The notes beneath the pieces were generated by a model that saw only the letters and a program-made list of their open reading frames with translations, had not been told where the DNA came from and did not search any database. A stretch of DNA of 64,000 nucleotides from Spizellomyces punctatus DAOM BR117 (taxonomy: Eukaryota), in NCBI GenBank assembly GCA_000182565.2, contig KQ257460.1. One strand, 5' to 3'. Made by a program: the position numbers and the translations under genes. Of this stretch, positions 1 through 11,878 are shown one piece after another (position 1 is the stretch's first letter; the number at the start of each line of letters is the position of its first letter).

Positions 1-533
1 CACCGACAGTCGCGTTCGCGTGGATGCAGACGAGATTTGGTATTGGATGCGACGGGTCAGATACGCGTGATTTGGAGGTTTTCGAGGGTTTTGGCTAGGG
101 TGGACATGTCGGATGGGGTGACGGACGGCAGACGGATATTATCGGGGAGAATGTGGAGGGTGTGTGCTGTTTGTGAAGTGGTGGACGGTACGTCATCGCT
201 CGCTGTTACTTTGGTTGTCGACGGCAAACATGTTTGCATTTGCGACATGAAAGCATCTGCATCGGTGATTTTGGCTGGCCAGGATGATGTACCTAACCAA
301 AAAAGCAATTAAGTAAAAACTGGAATACCACAAGTGTGGTTACGCAGTCTATTACCTGTCGCCACCAATACATGTCTAGTGTAAAACCCAACCGTACCGA
401 CATGATCGGGAATGGTTCCCGCTTGGGTGGACTTGAATTGCACACAGCGTGTAGTTGATGCCGAACGTACGCAATTCTGGATCCGAGGCGTACTTACGCG
501 CGATATAACGAGCGGGAATCGTCTGAGCATCAT
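1..533 (-). CDS. Sucrase/ferredoxin-like (Aim32/Apd1-type) protein, 5' part; runs off the window and appears frameshifted in the first ~80 bp
   Basis: Basic presequence-like N-terminus, then RHVLVATG|TSSWPAKI across GT-AG intron 355..293. The family motif LVCxHxxRDxRC can be rebuilt at 1..38 only by assuming single-base deletions. Confidence 0.65.
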
Positions 534-866
534 AATCATGTTGTTCATCCAAAAAGGAATCCCCCGTTGACACCAACCGTATTTTAAAAAAGGTGGTGTG
601 CTAGAAAACAACAGTGACAAATTTCCGATCTTGACAAATGACTCACTGCAAACCAATATCAAATGTCATTGGATCCAAAATCAACTGTGTCAACAGGCCA
701 TCTTAGGCCTTTAATTTGTGATTTAGAGGCCCGTGGTAAGGAAGTCTCGCTGTCCAAGAGCCCTTTTTCCATCCATTTTTTTTTGCGATTCACACGACTC
801 TCTCGTATATGGACAGTATTTCGATAGCGGTTTACCATAATTTGTTGTTAGGCCCGCAAGCCAGCC

Positions 867-2168
867 ATGGACGACTACAACCAAGGATTCCCCTCCTCCT
901 ACGTCCCACCTCCAATGTACACGACACCCATGCCAGACCCTATGGGACATGTTCGCCCCGACACATTTCTAGACCCCTTGCGGATGCCTTTGGAGATGGA
1001 ACGAGGGGTGTACTATGGTCGAGACCCGCAAGCGGATGTAATGGGACGATGGAGTGGGTATGACCCTCCCCGAATGGATCCGCCACTACCAGCACGAGGA
1101 TTCCAGTCTCCACTGTTTGACATGCAAGCTCCCTTGACACGCCCATTTCGGATTTCATTGACAGACTCTTGCGACCACGATACATCCGATGTCCGTTCAG
1201 AAACATCATCACATGCCCAAACCGGTTCTGAAGATTCCTCTCAAACCCAGAAAACACTCTTATCTCGTCATGTAACGTCGGTGATATCCCATTTCACATC
1301 CAATAAAGCAGGGTACAAGCGGTTATTACATGAACTCGACGATTTCATTCATGTAACGTCTCCTTCGGGACAGATACTGTATACCTCGCCTTCAGTCCGC
1401 AGAATGTTGGGATACACACCGACAGAACTCGTGAATATGAACATTTCAAAAATTTTGCACAGAGATGACCGACAGCACGTATTAAACACCCTCACAGCCT
1501 CCCTCCTACACCCCATCGACCAAACCCTGTATGCACGGTACCAAAAAAAAGCGGGCGATTTCATTCTACTCCACGTGAAATCCAAACCGCTTGTCAACGA
1601 CGCGTCAACATGTATTGTACATACTGGCCGAGAATACCGCTCCAAAGCCTCCATATCCATTGACTCGTTATTGGAATACCGGATTGAGAATCTGAGGTTA
1701 CGGAGGTTGTTGGAAAAAGCGGTTCGTGAGCGTGGTGGAGATCCTGAACATCATCCGTTGTTGAGAAAAAAGGGGCAGGGCATTGTTACGGCGGTGGAAT
1801 TGGAGGAGGAGGCGGATGAGAGTGTTGTTGTGGATGACAAGAGGGATAAAGGCGCGAAACGAAAGGTATAAAGTTTAGTGTCGTGAAATGTGCCTGCCTG
1901 CGGTCTTCTGAATGTTTTTTTTCAGAAAAAGTCTCGGGTGCCGACTGAAGAACTCTTTTGTCGACAATGTGGGACGACGCAGTCACCAGAATGGCGTAAA
2001 GGCCCATCAGGACCCAAAACGTATGTCCAAATGTGCCTGCCAAACGGTTGTATGGATACTCATCCTATTTTATTGTTGTGCAGATTATGCAACGCATGCG
2101 GTCTCGCGTTTTCGAAAAAACAACGCAAACTGGAGCGAGACAATAAACCAGAGGATGGTGTAGGATGA
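867..2168 (+). CDS. wc-2: PAS domain + GATA zinc finger transcription factor, White Collar-2-like
   Basis: PAS domain ([18 protein letters not shown]...LGYTPTEL...LHRDD), coiled coil ([18 protein letters not shown]) and GATA finger [28 protein letters not shown]. Introns 1866..1925 and 2021..2083 restore the frame. Confidence 0.85.
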
Positions 2169-2313
2169 AGAGTTTGGCATATGGGTATTTACATCTAGTT
2201 GTATTGGTATATGCCATATTTGTAAATAAACGGGTTGTTGGATTGGGAAACATGTAATATATAGTTTCACAGTCTATATACACGACCATCATCTACCCAC
2301 CTCTTCCTTGGGA

Positions 2314-2943
2314 TCACTTTCTATAAAATAACCGATCAAACCCCTTTGGATCCCCAAACCGCCCCTCTCTATCCACCCTCATCACCCGTCCCTTGACAAC
2401 CATCGGTACATGTCCCTCCTTCCACCCCCACACAAACCGACTAGTTCCAGCAGGCGGAGGCACCGGATCCGTTCCAGCCGGTCCAATACGGGTATACACT
2501 GGCCGGGTCGTAAAGATTTCGTGCGTGGGGAGTACAATGGGTTTAGAAAAAATTGACATGTCGGTGAGGGTCGTGACACCATTCTGGATTCCAATGGTGC
2601 CAATATGGCGTTTAGCAAATAAATGCACACCGAGGAGAACAAGGAGACCAATACTCGAGATCCCAGCGCATAAAACCGTTTTCGCAAGGGATAAAGGTGA
2701 ATTTGGGTCTTTTTTGTGGTCGAGTTGTAGTTCGGTGTATGCGAGGCCGGATGTCGTTAGCCAAAAAATGACGTGGCCGACGCCGGTCAGGTAGTAGAGG
2801 GTGAAGAGGCGGGGGTTGGGGTGTTTGTAGACGAGGGGTTGGGGAGTGGTTTGGGAAATGATTGTTGGTGGGTGCCTGCCGAGGGTGGATTTGTGCACCG
2901 TTTGCATGGGGGAGTGCATGGGGAGGCGCATGGAGAGTCGCAT
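2314..2943 (-). CDS. TMEM223-like mitochondrial inner-membrane protein (start uncertain; ORF open to 3111)
   Basis: Two hydrophobic helices (VGHVIFWLTTSGLAY; VLCAGISSIGLLVLLGVHLFAKRHI) and a C-terminal GRFGDPKGFDRLF resembling fungal TMEM223-family proteins. Confidence 0.55.
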   Translation of the reverse strand: MRLSMRLPMHSPMQTVHKSTLGRHPPTIISQTTPQPLVYKHPNPRLFTLYYLTGVGHVIFWLTTSGLAYTELQLDHKKDPNSPLSLAKTVLCAGISSIGLLVLLGVHLFAKRHIGTIGIQNGVTTLTDMSIFSKPIVLPTHEIFTTRPVYTRIGPAGTDPVPPPAGTSRFVWGWKEGHVPMVVKGRVMRVDREGRFGDPKGFDRLFYRK

Positions 2944-2951
2944 GGGGAGAC
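2904..2951. repeat. 4 x 12-bp imperfect tandem repeat (GCATGG-purine-rich unit)
   Basis: gcatgggggagt gcatggggaggc gcatggagagtc gcatggggagac; encodes repeated Met-x-x-x units on the minus strand. Confidence 0.8.
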
Positions 2952-4439
2952 AAAAGAGGATTGGCATGGTGGAGCGACATGGCGAGACATGTCTCCAAGC
3001 CTTTAATGGTGGGAGGCACTGAATGCGCTTCAATGCCATTAAAATGTCGTTTGGAAGGATGAGCAAACGATCTGGCTGCTTGTTTGCCAGAAGTTCGATC
3101 GCGGTTGCCATGCATCAAATGCTGTGCCACAGTTCAAACCATTACCTAACAACCCAGTCATGTGATATCAGCCTCGTATCCATTGCGCAGTCAAGCGGCC
3201 GAAAAACGTAAGAAACGAAAAAAGGATAACCCTGAATTGTTAAATGAGAAAAAACCCAGCTGGGAGACCTAGTTTTTTTTTTGTGTACTGCATGGGGGAG
3301 ATTTCCCAAACGTGTTGCCGCCTGTGGAGGTTAATCTACGGCGGCCTGTGGATTCGCATTTATAATGCTGAGTTTTTGAGGTTAAAGGCTGAGATAAGCA
3401 CGTGCCCACTAGAATGGACCTCCATGTCCGCGATGCTGGCTCAATGTCTTGGCTTACCGTTACTCTGCACGATTTCTTTGCAAAAAGGTGTCAACGTTTG
3501 CCCATGGGCGTTAACTTTAAGCAAAACATGACGTGTCCACGAGATGGCGTATATGGCGTACCCATCTACTGGGTTCATGGATGATGACGAGCCTCGCCTC
3601 TGATCGATCCTTGTTCTCACGGGCGAGCTCACCAAAGGAAAAAATGGCCGTCTCCCTGAGCGGGGGGGACGCTGAGCTAGGAGACAGGAACTTGTGTGTG
3701 TTTACACGACAGCCACGTGACAACGGTTCAGGACCGGAGGCGAGCAAGAATGAAAGTTGCGCCCAAAGGCGAACAAGGCGGAACAATGCCTGGGGCAAGC
3801 GGAAAGACATGGCAAAACAAAAGATCCCATGCATCTTTTTGTTGGCAATGGGGGCGGATCCCTAGGTATCTCTTTCTTTGCAAAAATGTATTAAAAAATG
3901 ATAACATGATGCCGCATGTGAAAGGCAGATGCTGTAATAAGCCTACCATGGGAATTGCTGTGCATTTCCGCGAGGGAAAACAAGGAAAAAAATGATTATC
4001 TCTTGCAAAGAATGATGCATTGAATCTTTCTCATTATCATGTTCAAACCGCATGTCCTCATCCATACAAGTAGGCGGGCCCATAGGGCGGGCACAGAGAG
4101 GCGGAAGCAAAAGACAATTGCATAAAAAGGAGTGAGCGTGGCTTGTCAAAAGTATGCACATGTCAAACATGTGAAATAAGTTGCATGTGAATTCAAGCCC
4201 TACTGTGAGTGTGAGTGAGATAACCCTTTTGAGTGTGTGTGACAAATGAAATGAAATGCGAGAATGAAAAGAATAAAAATAAAATTCATATAAAGAGTAT
4301 AATCCATATAATGAATACCCTTAATGGCAAGTGATCGATTAGAGAGGGAGAAAGAGAGAAATCGATAATAGTTGTATACATAAAAATGATTAATTCGAGA
4401 GGGGAGACATGTAAAAAGATGATCATATCATGTGACACG

Positions 4440-4745
4440 TGAGAGAGAAGAGAGAGAGAAGAGACATGGGGAAGGAAGAGAGAATTCACACACACACAAA
4501 GAGAGAGAGAGAGAATACACACAGTTGATGATTATTCTTTCTCTCTCTTTCTCTCTCACAACCACTCACAACCACACACTCTCCCAATTGTATGTAATCT
4601 CTCTCTCTCTCTCGTTAGATGGGAGACAGTGACTCATTATACATATATTATTTCTATATTAGGCAATTCACACTTTTATTCTTCCTTCTTCTCTCTCTCT
4701 CCTTCCTCCCGTTCTCCTTTTTTTCTTCTTCTTCTTCTTCTTGTT
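4440..4745. repeat. (GA)n/(CA)n/(CT)n/(TTC)n microsatellite tract upstream of the homeobox gene
   Basis: Direct reading: GA runs 4441-4513, CT runs 4538-4613, TTC run 4723-4742. Confidence 0.85.
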
Positions 4746-4810
4746 GTTTACAGAGGATTTTGTTTTTTATTCTTGGGATTGGGGATTCACTCCCCTCTCT
4801 ATTTTCTTTA

Positions 4811-6217
4811 ATGATCCTATACACTCGTCCATTTATGCACTCTCCCACACACGGACAACAGAGGCAACGACGTAGTAGGGTCGCGTCCGTCATGGACATG
4901 ACTTTTCTCGTCAATGACGCTCATCCACAACAACAAGCAGTGTCTGACTCGCCTGACTCTCCCGCATCGTCTGCATCTCCAGTCTGTTTGCAACAACACG
5001 CTCGGTCACGGCCACAAGCACAACCGCCTCCGCCTTGTATTCAAGATGCCCAACATGCACACGCTCACGCATCTCCAGGCGCGTCTATTCCTGCGGCTCC
5101 TACTGCTCCTGCTGCTGCTGCTGCTGCTGTTGCAACAAGGCATACGCCGCCCCTGCAATCTCGTTCTCTTTATCCTGACGACGACGACAAGGCCAGTGCA
5201 CACTCGGCTCTTCTCCTCCACCACTATCCACCCACTAGTACGCTCGAATGGGAAGACGCTCTCAAACACCATCAGGCGCCCTTGACGCCCCTGCCCTCCC
5301 CAAAACCCAATTGGACCGCTGACGACATGAATAGTCTGGACAAGGAACTGAATCCTCTGGATGGTCCCGTCGATACCATGGGAAGAATAAAGACAAAGCG
5401 CAAGAGAGCCACTCCTGAGCAGCTCTTGGTTTTGAACAGAGGTAACAAAACAAGAAACATTTTTGATATCTATGCAATGTATTGACAATGCCTTAAAGTC
5501 TTTGGGCAAACTTTTTTTCCTTCCACTGAACTGAGGCACCGCCTCGCAGAGCAGCTGGGCATGACACCCAGAGCCGTTCAAATCTGGTTCCAAAACAAGC
5601 GCCAAAACTGGCGCGCCCGCCAAGGTCATTCCTATCCCCCGCCCACGGCGACCAGCTTTTCCGTCCTCAATCCCATCGACTTTGAACAAGGCAACGCCCC
5701 CGACGCTCGCCGCTTTGCCCGCGCCCGCTCCAAATCCTCCGTTTCTCCCACTGGGTACGATGCTCCCTCGCACTGTGACATGTACGATCCCGTCGGATCC
5801 TGCACCGCCGCGTTGGCCGCTTGGGCACCTTTGCGTGTAGACCCTCGCGACCCGCTCTTTCAAAACCCAGACTATCACGCGTTTCCTCGACGCCATTCCG
5901 CTGGTACATGGCCCCGGAACATGCCCCTCTCCCCTCAGCTGCGCGCGCACCCCTATGTCCCCGACCCCTCTCAAAACCTTCGCACGCGCACCTGGTCGGC
6001 ACCCGATCTCCGCATGGCGGCGCAACAACATGTCATTTCCCCTCCACCGACTATGCAAGCCGTTCCTGCCCCTCCTGCTCTGGTCTTGCAGCAGCAGCAG
6101 CAGCAGCAGCATCTTACTGGTCAGCACGAGCAGCAGCACGCGTCGCCACCGCGTCATGCCGCGCTGTGCAGTCCAAGCGGAGGGTACAAGCGCCGAGAAG
6201 AGTATTGGATGCGATAA
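4811..6217 (+). CDS. Homeodomain transcription factor
   Basis: KTKRKRATPEQLLVLNR|VFGQTFFPSTELRHRLAEQLGMTPRAVQIWFQNKRQ across intron 5442..5498; poly-Ala and poly-Gln tracts. Start codon uncertain (4811, 4835 or 4892). Confidence 0.9.
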
Positions 6218-8416
6218 AGTGTGCTGCAAAAGAGCACTGCAAAGAGAGAGAGAGAGAGAGAGAGAGACAGTGCTCAATTGTACACGTGTTTGACGAGATT
6301 TACTGTGTAATGATTTTTTTTTGTTGTTGATTTTTTTTTAGAAAGATATATACCCCCCCTCTCCCCCTTGTCTGGTCCGAGTCGGTAGCGTTTTGTATAC
6401 GAGTTTTTTTTTTTGTGTTTAGGTTTTTATAGTTTGGTTAGTTGCTTTGGGGTGTTTATATACTTGTGTGTGTGTGTGTGTGTGTGTGTTTTTTTCTTGA
6501 CAAGAAAAACTGGAGTAAACTGTATGTGTTTTCTTTGAAATGGCAAATGTGCTGTTTTGCTTGCTGCAACAAATCATTGCATCTCTCGCCGATATGCAAG
6601 TATTGTTTGCAAATATCACCTGCAGGCAAACGTATGATGCATGATGGAAAAAAGATTATGCGTATTTACAAGTCTGGTTGTTTGCCAACTGTCTCAACTA
6701 GAGATTAAAACGTATCCCACAAGAAAATAAAAGCGGCAAAAATTTACTCAACAAAGAACAATATATGACAGAGCAAGAACATGCCATTATTGGAAAGTTT
6801 GAACTGCGCATCATGCGTGATTCACACGGCGGGGGTATGTTGTTGTATATTTGTATTTTTGCAACATGCCCCACATGGCTATACTCACTGTTGTTTTTGA
6901 AGAAACAATACATTTTACACAAATTAGTTATCCAAAAAGAAAAAAATTACGCTTATTAAAAAGAATACGTTAAAAAGAATACGGATGAAAAATTATGGGA
7001 TCATACCATACCATTCGTTGGAGACTTGTTCTTTAATGTTTCCCCATGGACATGCAAACTATTTGAGCTATTTGGATCCATTGAAACCGCGTTTACGAGA
7101 TATACAACCACCAACGCATAACTGACATTTTCCCTACTATCACCTATAGTCAAATAGACTTGCAAAAACTGTGTACGTATATTCGTGAATGTGTCGATAC
7201 ATGTATCCAAAAAGAAGGTCATTGACTCAGTACATCAACAAGCACATATCTTGAATAATAAAAAAAATATATATACATGGTGTATATTGATTGCACATAC
7301 GCTTCTTTGGCGAGTGACATGGGGAACACAATTACATGCAAAAGGTACAGCATAGAGGAATTCATGTTCGAAACCTTGCAACCGTCACGCCCAATCCTGC
7401 ATCATTCAGACATACATACATGACAGTTTTCTTCACGACATGACCCGTACTGTGTCCCCTGTAAACCATCTCTATACATTTATTTCCAAAAGCAACAGGA
7501 AATGATATATTGAGCACGACGTAGAGTCTCAAAAATAATCCAAAAGAATCTCCCCAGTGTTAATGTTACATCAATTCATTGTATTCTGTACCAGACATGC
7601 TAAAGATGGTGCATAGATGTCCAACGGCTGAAATTTAATGCACTTGAATACGAGAAACGAGAAAAACAAATATGAAGAACCAGAACGGTAGCAATTGCAA
7701 AACGGTACTCATAGGATGGGACGGTTTTGGAAAAACAATGCAATCCTGGGGTGAGCAAAATGCATTGAACGACAGGTACAGCTCCTAGTGATATGCACCA
7801 TCTGTAGACCTATGGGATGAATCAAAAAGTGGGCAATGGCTGTTTTGATAAATTGGTACACCACTTGTCTGGTTTTGACCACTTTCTGTTAGGAACAGTA
7901 AGACCGTAAAGAAACCTCTTTCATGGCAATACACAAAAGCGATGCGAAAAACTAGTGGATAAAATTTGGGACTACTCGGCTTTCCCATTGCAAGCGTTGG
8001 AAATAGGAGGATGGGTATGTCGAATGTATGAGTGTCGACCTAGCTTAAAGAACACCCTGATCCTTGATGAATGCGCTGATTGGTAAAAATCGATATTACA
8101 AACACCGAAAAATACATTGCACAAATCATTGCATAACAGAGACAAAACCAAAAAAAAAAAAGCACACTCTATAAACGTTCCCATTTGGGCCATATGGACA
8201 GGTAGCGTTATTCCATGATTCACATCCAATGCGATTCCATTTGTAATTGTTCTATTTAGTGAGTTTTCGTAGGAAACGGAACACCCGGAAATCCGACAAC
8301 ACGTCATCAGTCCTCCTCTCGCGGTGTGCTGGCTTATAAAAACGGGTAGGGAAATACATTCCACTCTGATAATCGAAATAAAACGATAAAAACCAACTTT
8401 CTACACACACTTTGCC

Positions 8417-9435
8417 ATGTCCAACCCCAGTTTCTCTTGGACGACAGTATTGGTTACGGGCGGTGGAGGCGGTCTGGGCCGTGCCCTCGCCGCCTACTTT
8501 CTCAAAAACAACAAGGTAACATAAACGAACGTTTCTTTTATAAATCTTGTACATGCCCAACAGGAGGCCTTCACAATCCCTCCTATCTTTAGAAAGTGAT
8601 TATAGCCGGTCGGACAGAGAGTAAACTACAGTCCACGGCCCGCGAATTGGGTTGCGAGTACCTTGTTGTGGATGTCGGAGCTGTAGAGGGTTTACAACGG
8701 TTTACAGAGGAGGCTATCAAAAAGTTTCCAGACTTGGATGCCGTTGTTGCAAAGTAAGTCACCCATTCGGAACTACATGCAAAAATATTCAAGACCGAAC
8801 GACAAGAATTGACAAAGAACTATAAAAGTGCCGGTATCCAAAGGAAACCAGTCAACTTTACAACCCAAGACGCAGCATCCCTCCTGCAAAGCGCCGACGA
8901 CGAAATCAACGTCAACATCCGCGGGACACTCCACCTAATCCACCACTTGCTCCCCCACCTCTTGTCCAAACCCAATGCCGCAATTTATACAGTCTCATCT
9001 GGTTTAGCGTTTATTCCAATCGGGCGTATCCCTGTTTATTGCGCGACAAAGGCGTTTGTGCATAGTTGGACACAGAGCTTACGAGTTCAGTTAAAGGGAC
9101 GTGTTCAAGTCATGGAGATTATACCCCCTCTCGTGGAATCCGATTTGCATCGGGTGAGTTCTCTAAACATTATCTCCATGTTGTGTGTGTTTGGTTTTGT
9201 ATGACGAGTGTTAACAAATCTACTCACAAATTTACGATAGGACCACGATGACCCAGATAACAATAAAAAACACAAAAACCCCATGGCACTAACGATTGAT
9301 GAATTCATTGCTGGAGTGGATCGGGATATACAGGCTGGAAAAGATGAGATTACGCCTGGGTTCGCTCAGGATTTGGCACAACAGAGTTTGGAGGCTTTTG
9401 GAGAAAAATTTAGGGCTTTTAATCAGGCGCATTGA
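8417..9435 (+). CDS. Short-chain dehydrogenase/reductase (DltE-like subgroup)
   Basis: VLVTGGGGGLG Rossmann motif, VSSGLAF, catalytic YCATK, VMEIIPPLVESDLH. Three GT-AG introns (donors ~8516, ~8754, ~9154). Confidence 0.9.
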
Positions 9436-9818
9436 TTTGGCAAAAAACATTTCAGTATGGGAATACATGTGTGAGGAGGGACTGGTTGTGGTGACAACTG
9501 TAGGATTGGATGAGGAATGTGTATGCCATCATTCAGCGATGTAATAAGAAAAAGATCAATCTCATGGACGGGTTCAAGCGGGCAAAGCAACGTTTTTTGG
9601 TTTTTTCATTGTCATGTTGTTAAAAAGGACAAGAGATAATGAAAAGGGGAAAGGGGGAGAGATGAATATACAAAAACGAAACCCAAAAAAAAAAACACAC
9701 CATCTCATTCACACCACACCAACCACGCAAAAAACAAAACAAAGAACCAGCAAAAAAGAAAAAGGGAAAAAAACCGAAAAACGACCATCATCACATCACT
9801 CATCAATTGTTTCCCTTC

Positions 9819-10532
9819 CTACCCTTCCCTCCCCGGAATCTCCAACAACATTGCAACAGCAATCGCCCGTCTCTCCTCCTCATTCTCTACATCCCCTCCA
9901 GAAGAAGAAGTGGAAGCCACCGACGACGAAGCAGAAGGAGGCGGAGTCAATTCCTGTCCCCCCGCAGTAGGCGAAAGCGGGACAAGTGAAAAAGAGTTGG
10001 CAAGGGCATTCAGGTATCCATTAGAGTCTTTTCGACGACGTCGACGGGGTGGGTGCTGGTCTTGTTCTGATTGATTTGTGGTGGGTGGGTTGTAGGTTGT
10101 GGGTAACGTGTTGGGAGGTGGAGTGTAGGATGATTTACGCTTTGTTGTTGTTGTTGTTGTGCGATGGGATTTGGTTGGCACGCCTTTACAGGTTGTTAGA
10201 GGCCGATCTTGGTCCGAGTGTATAATCCCTTGATGTCTCGTCAGATCATATCGTCTCGTAAACTGTTCAATATCAATTAAGTAAAAACCGTACAAACCAA
10301 AACATTCAAAAAAACAGTAACATTTTACCTTTCTGCCACAAACATCACACCCCCACTCCCTTACACCAAAATGCGTCGCATAGTGTGTCGCAAGGTTATA
10401 CCTCCTCGCAAACCCCCTCTGACAACCACGAAAAGGACATTCAAATAATCCCGCTTCGTTCTTTTGTTGTGTTGTGGCGGGGAGGAGGAGGTTTGTGGGC
10501 GGAGGTGACGACGACGGTGCTTCAGTCGGCAT
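9819..10532 (-). CDS. Tandem C2H2 zinc-finger transcription factor
   Basis: FECPFRGCQRGFARRYNLATHYATH-FGVREWGCDVCGRK|FTRRYDLTRHQGIIH, with an intron ~10328..10263 inside finger 2. Confidence 0.88.
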   Translation of the reverse strand: MPTEAPSSSPPPTNLLLPATTQQKNEAGLFECPFRGCQRGFARRYNLATHYATHFGVREWGCDVCGRKVKCYCFFECFGLYGFYLIDIEQFTRRYDLTRHQGIIHSDQDRPLTTCKGVPTKSHRTTTTTTKRKSSYTPPPNTLPTTYNPPTTNQSEQDQHPPRRRRRKDSNGYLNALANSFSLVPLSPTAGGQELTPPPSASSSVASTSSSGGDVENEEERRAIAVAMLLEIPGREG

Positions 10533-11172
10533 ACGAAAAAGGGTTGTTTTCTTTGGACGTTTGAATTGGGAGGGTATAATAACGCAACAGACACACACAC
10601 ACACACAAGAAAAACGCAACCCGTTCCAAAAACAACTCGTTCAAAACCCGCCTCAAAAAACGAACACGAGCGGAGTAATAAAGTGCGGGGTTCCAAAATA
10701 AACCTTAAAAACGAATCCCTCCAACACCGCCAGTCAAAACACGATACCAAATAACACTAGCAGTAACAGTTTTCTAAAAAACCACTCGAGCACTCAAACC
10801 TCAACCTCAAGAATGTCCAAGGGCTGAAGTGTGTGTGCAAGGTTTTTTGGGCAGTTCCTTCCCAATCAATGGCGAGGCCCAGGTGACATAAGGCAAGAAA
10901 ATGCGCAGCAGCATCAAGGGTGGTTCCAATGCGCTGCGCAGTCGGATGAACGCATGTGTTTTGTGATTGGATTGAATTTTTTTTTGTTCTTTTTTGATAG
11001 TGTGTTATTGGTGTGTGCTAGACTTGTTGTTTCTTCCTTTTGGCTCGTACTGATGACATTACTTTGGTGTGTATGATACGTATCATATCTGCATTTTTCT
11101 TATGCTCCCTGCTTGCGAGTGTATCCCGAAGGCTATTGAATAGGGTACACCCTAAAGGTCGGAATGTATCGG

Positions 11173-11244
11173 GCCCGCTTAGCTCAGTGGTAGAGCGTGA
11201 GGCTTTTAACCTTAAGGTCGTGGGTTCGACACCCACAGCGGGCG
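11173..11244 (+). tRNA. tRNA-Lys(UUU), copy 1
   Basis: Cloverleaf: acceptor GCCCGCT/AGCGGGC, D arm GCTC/GAGC, anticodon loop CT-TTT-AA, T loop TTCGACA; T-rich terminator downstream. Confidence 0.95.
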
Positions 11245-11878
11245 TAGCGTCTCAGGTCTTGGTCTTTCTTTTACTTGTCGTTGAGCGACGCATCGGCTGC
11301 GGAATGTTGTTCGCGTAAGTAAGAGTCACGTGATATATGAGATCTGGGATATTGACAGCTTCGCAATTTAGAGTCACTCTTTTGGCAGTAAGCTACCCAG
11401 CTATTTACAATTCCCATCAAGACGTCTGGAGTTGGTCTCGCTTAGCCACAGGTAGGTTGCGAATCCAATGGTCAAGTGGGTATGCCCTTTGGAGTTGGAA
11501 GCTCTTAAAGGGTAGCGGGTCGCACAGGACACAATTGCAGTCCTTGTACATGCGCTGGCATCACCTACTCTTATGGCTGTACAAAGCAGTCGGTGTTTTC
11601 AGCATTACTATTACTTCTTTTGGCTTCTTGAAATGGGTGTGGATCAGAACCTTCTTATTGACTGACTGTGTCCTGTTTGTCCTTTCATATCTGTGCAATA
11701 TAGACTCTTACAGGAAACATAAAGATTGCCATTTGCTTTCTGGACGCCAAGTAAAACTAAAAAAAAGCGTCCTGGGAGATTGTCAAATTTGGGGTTGTGC
11801 GCGACCGTGAAAGGGGCGAAAGGGCTAAAGTTCCCGCACAACTGCATGGCCCGGAACGCTTACTCTCGCCATAGTTAA

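Noticed and set aside
5006-6277. 423-aa minus-strand ORF
   Set aside because: Antisense shadow of the GC-rich homeobox exons; includes microsatellite-derived sequence and has no recognisable domain.
6400-8400. AT-rich 2-kb region with several short ORFs
   Set aside because: No coding signature, terminal repeats or RNA fold recognised; treated as intergenic.
11018-11318. ORFs sharing GVEPTTLRLKASRSTTELSGP or VVEREAFNLKVVGSTPTAG (also near 19.8, 24.9 and 27.1 kb)
   Set aside because: These are translations of the repeated tRNA-Lys gene, not a protein repeat.
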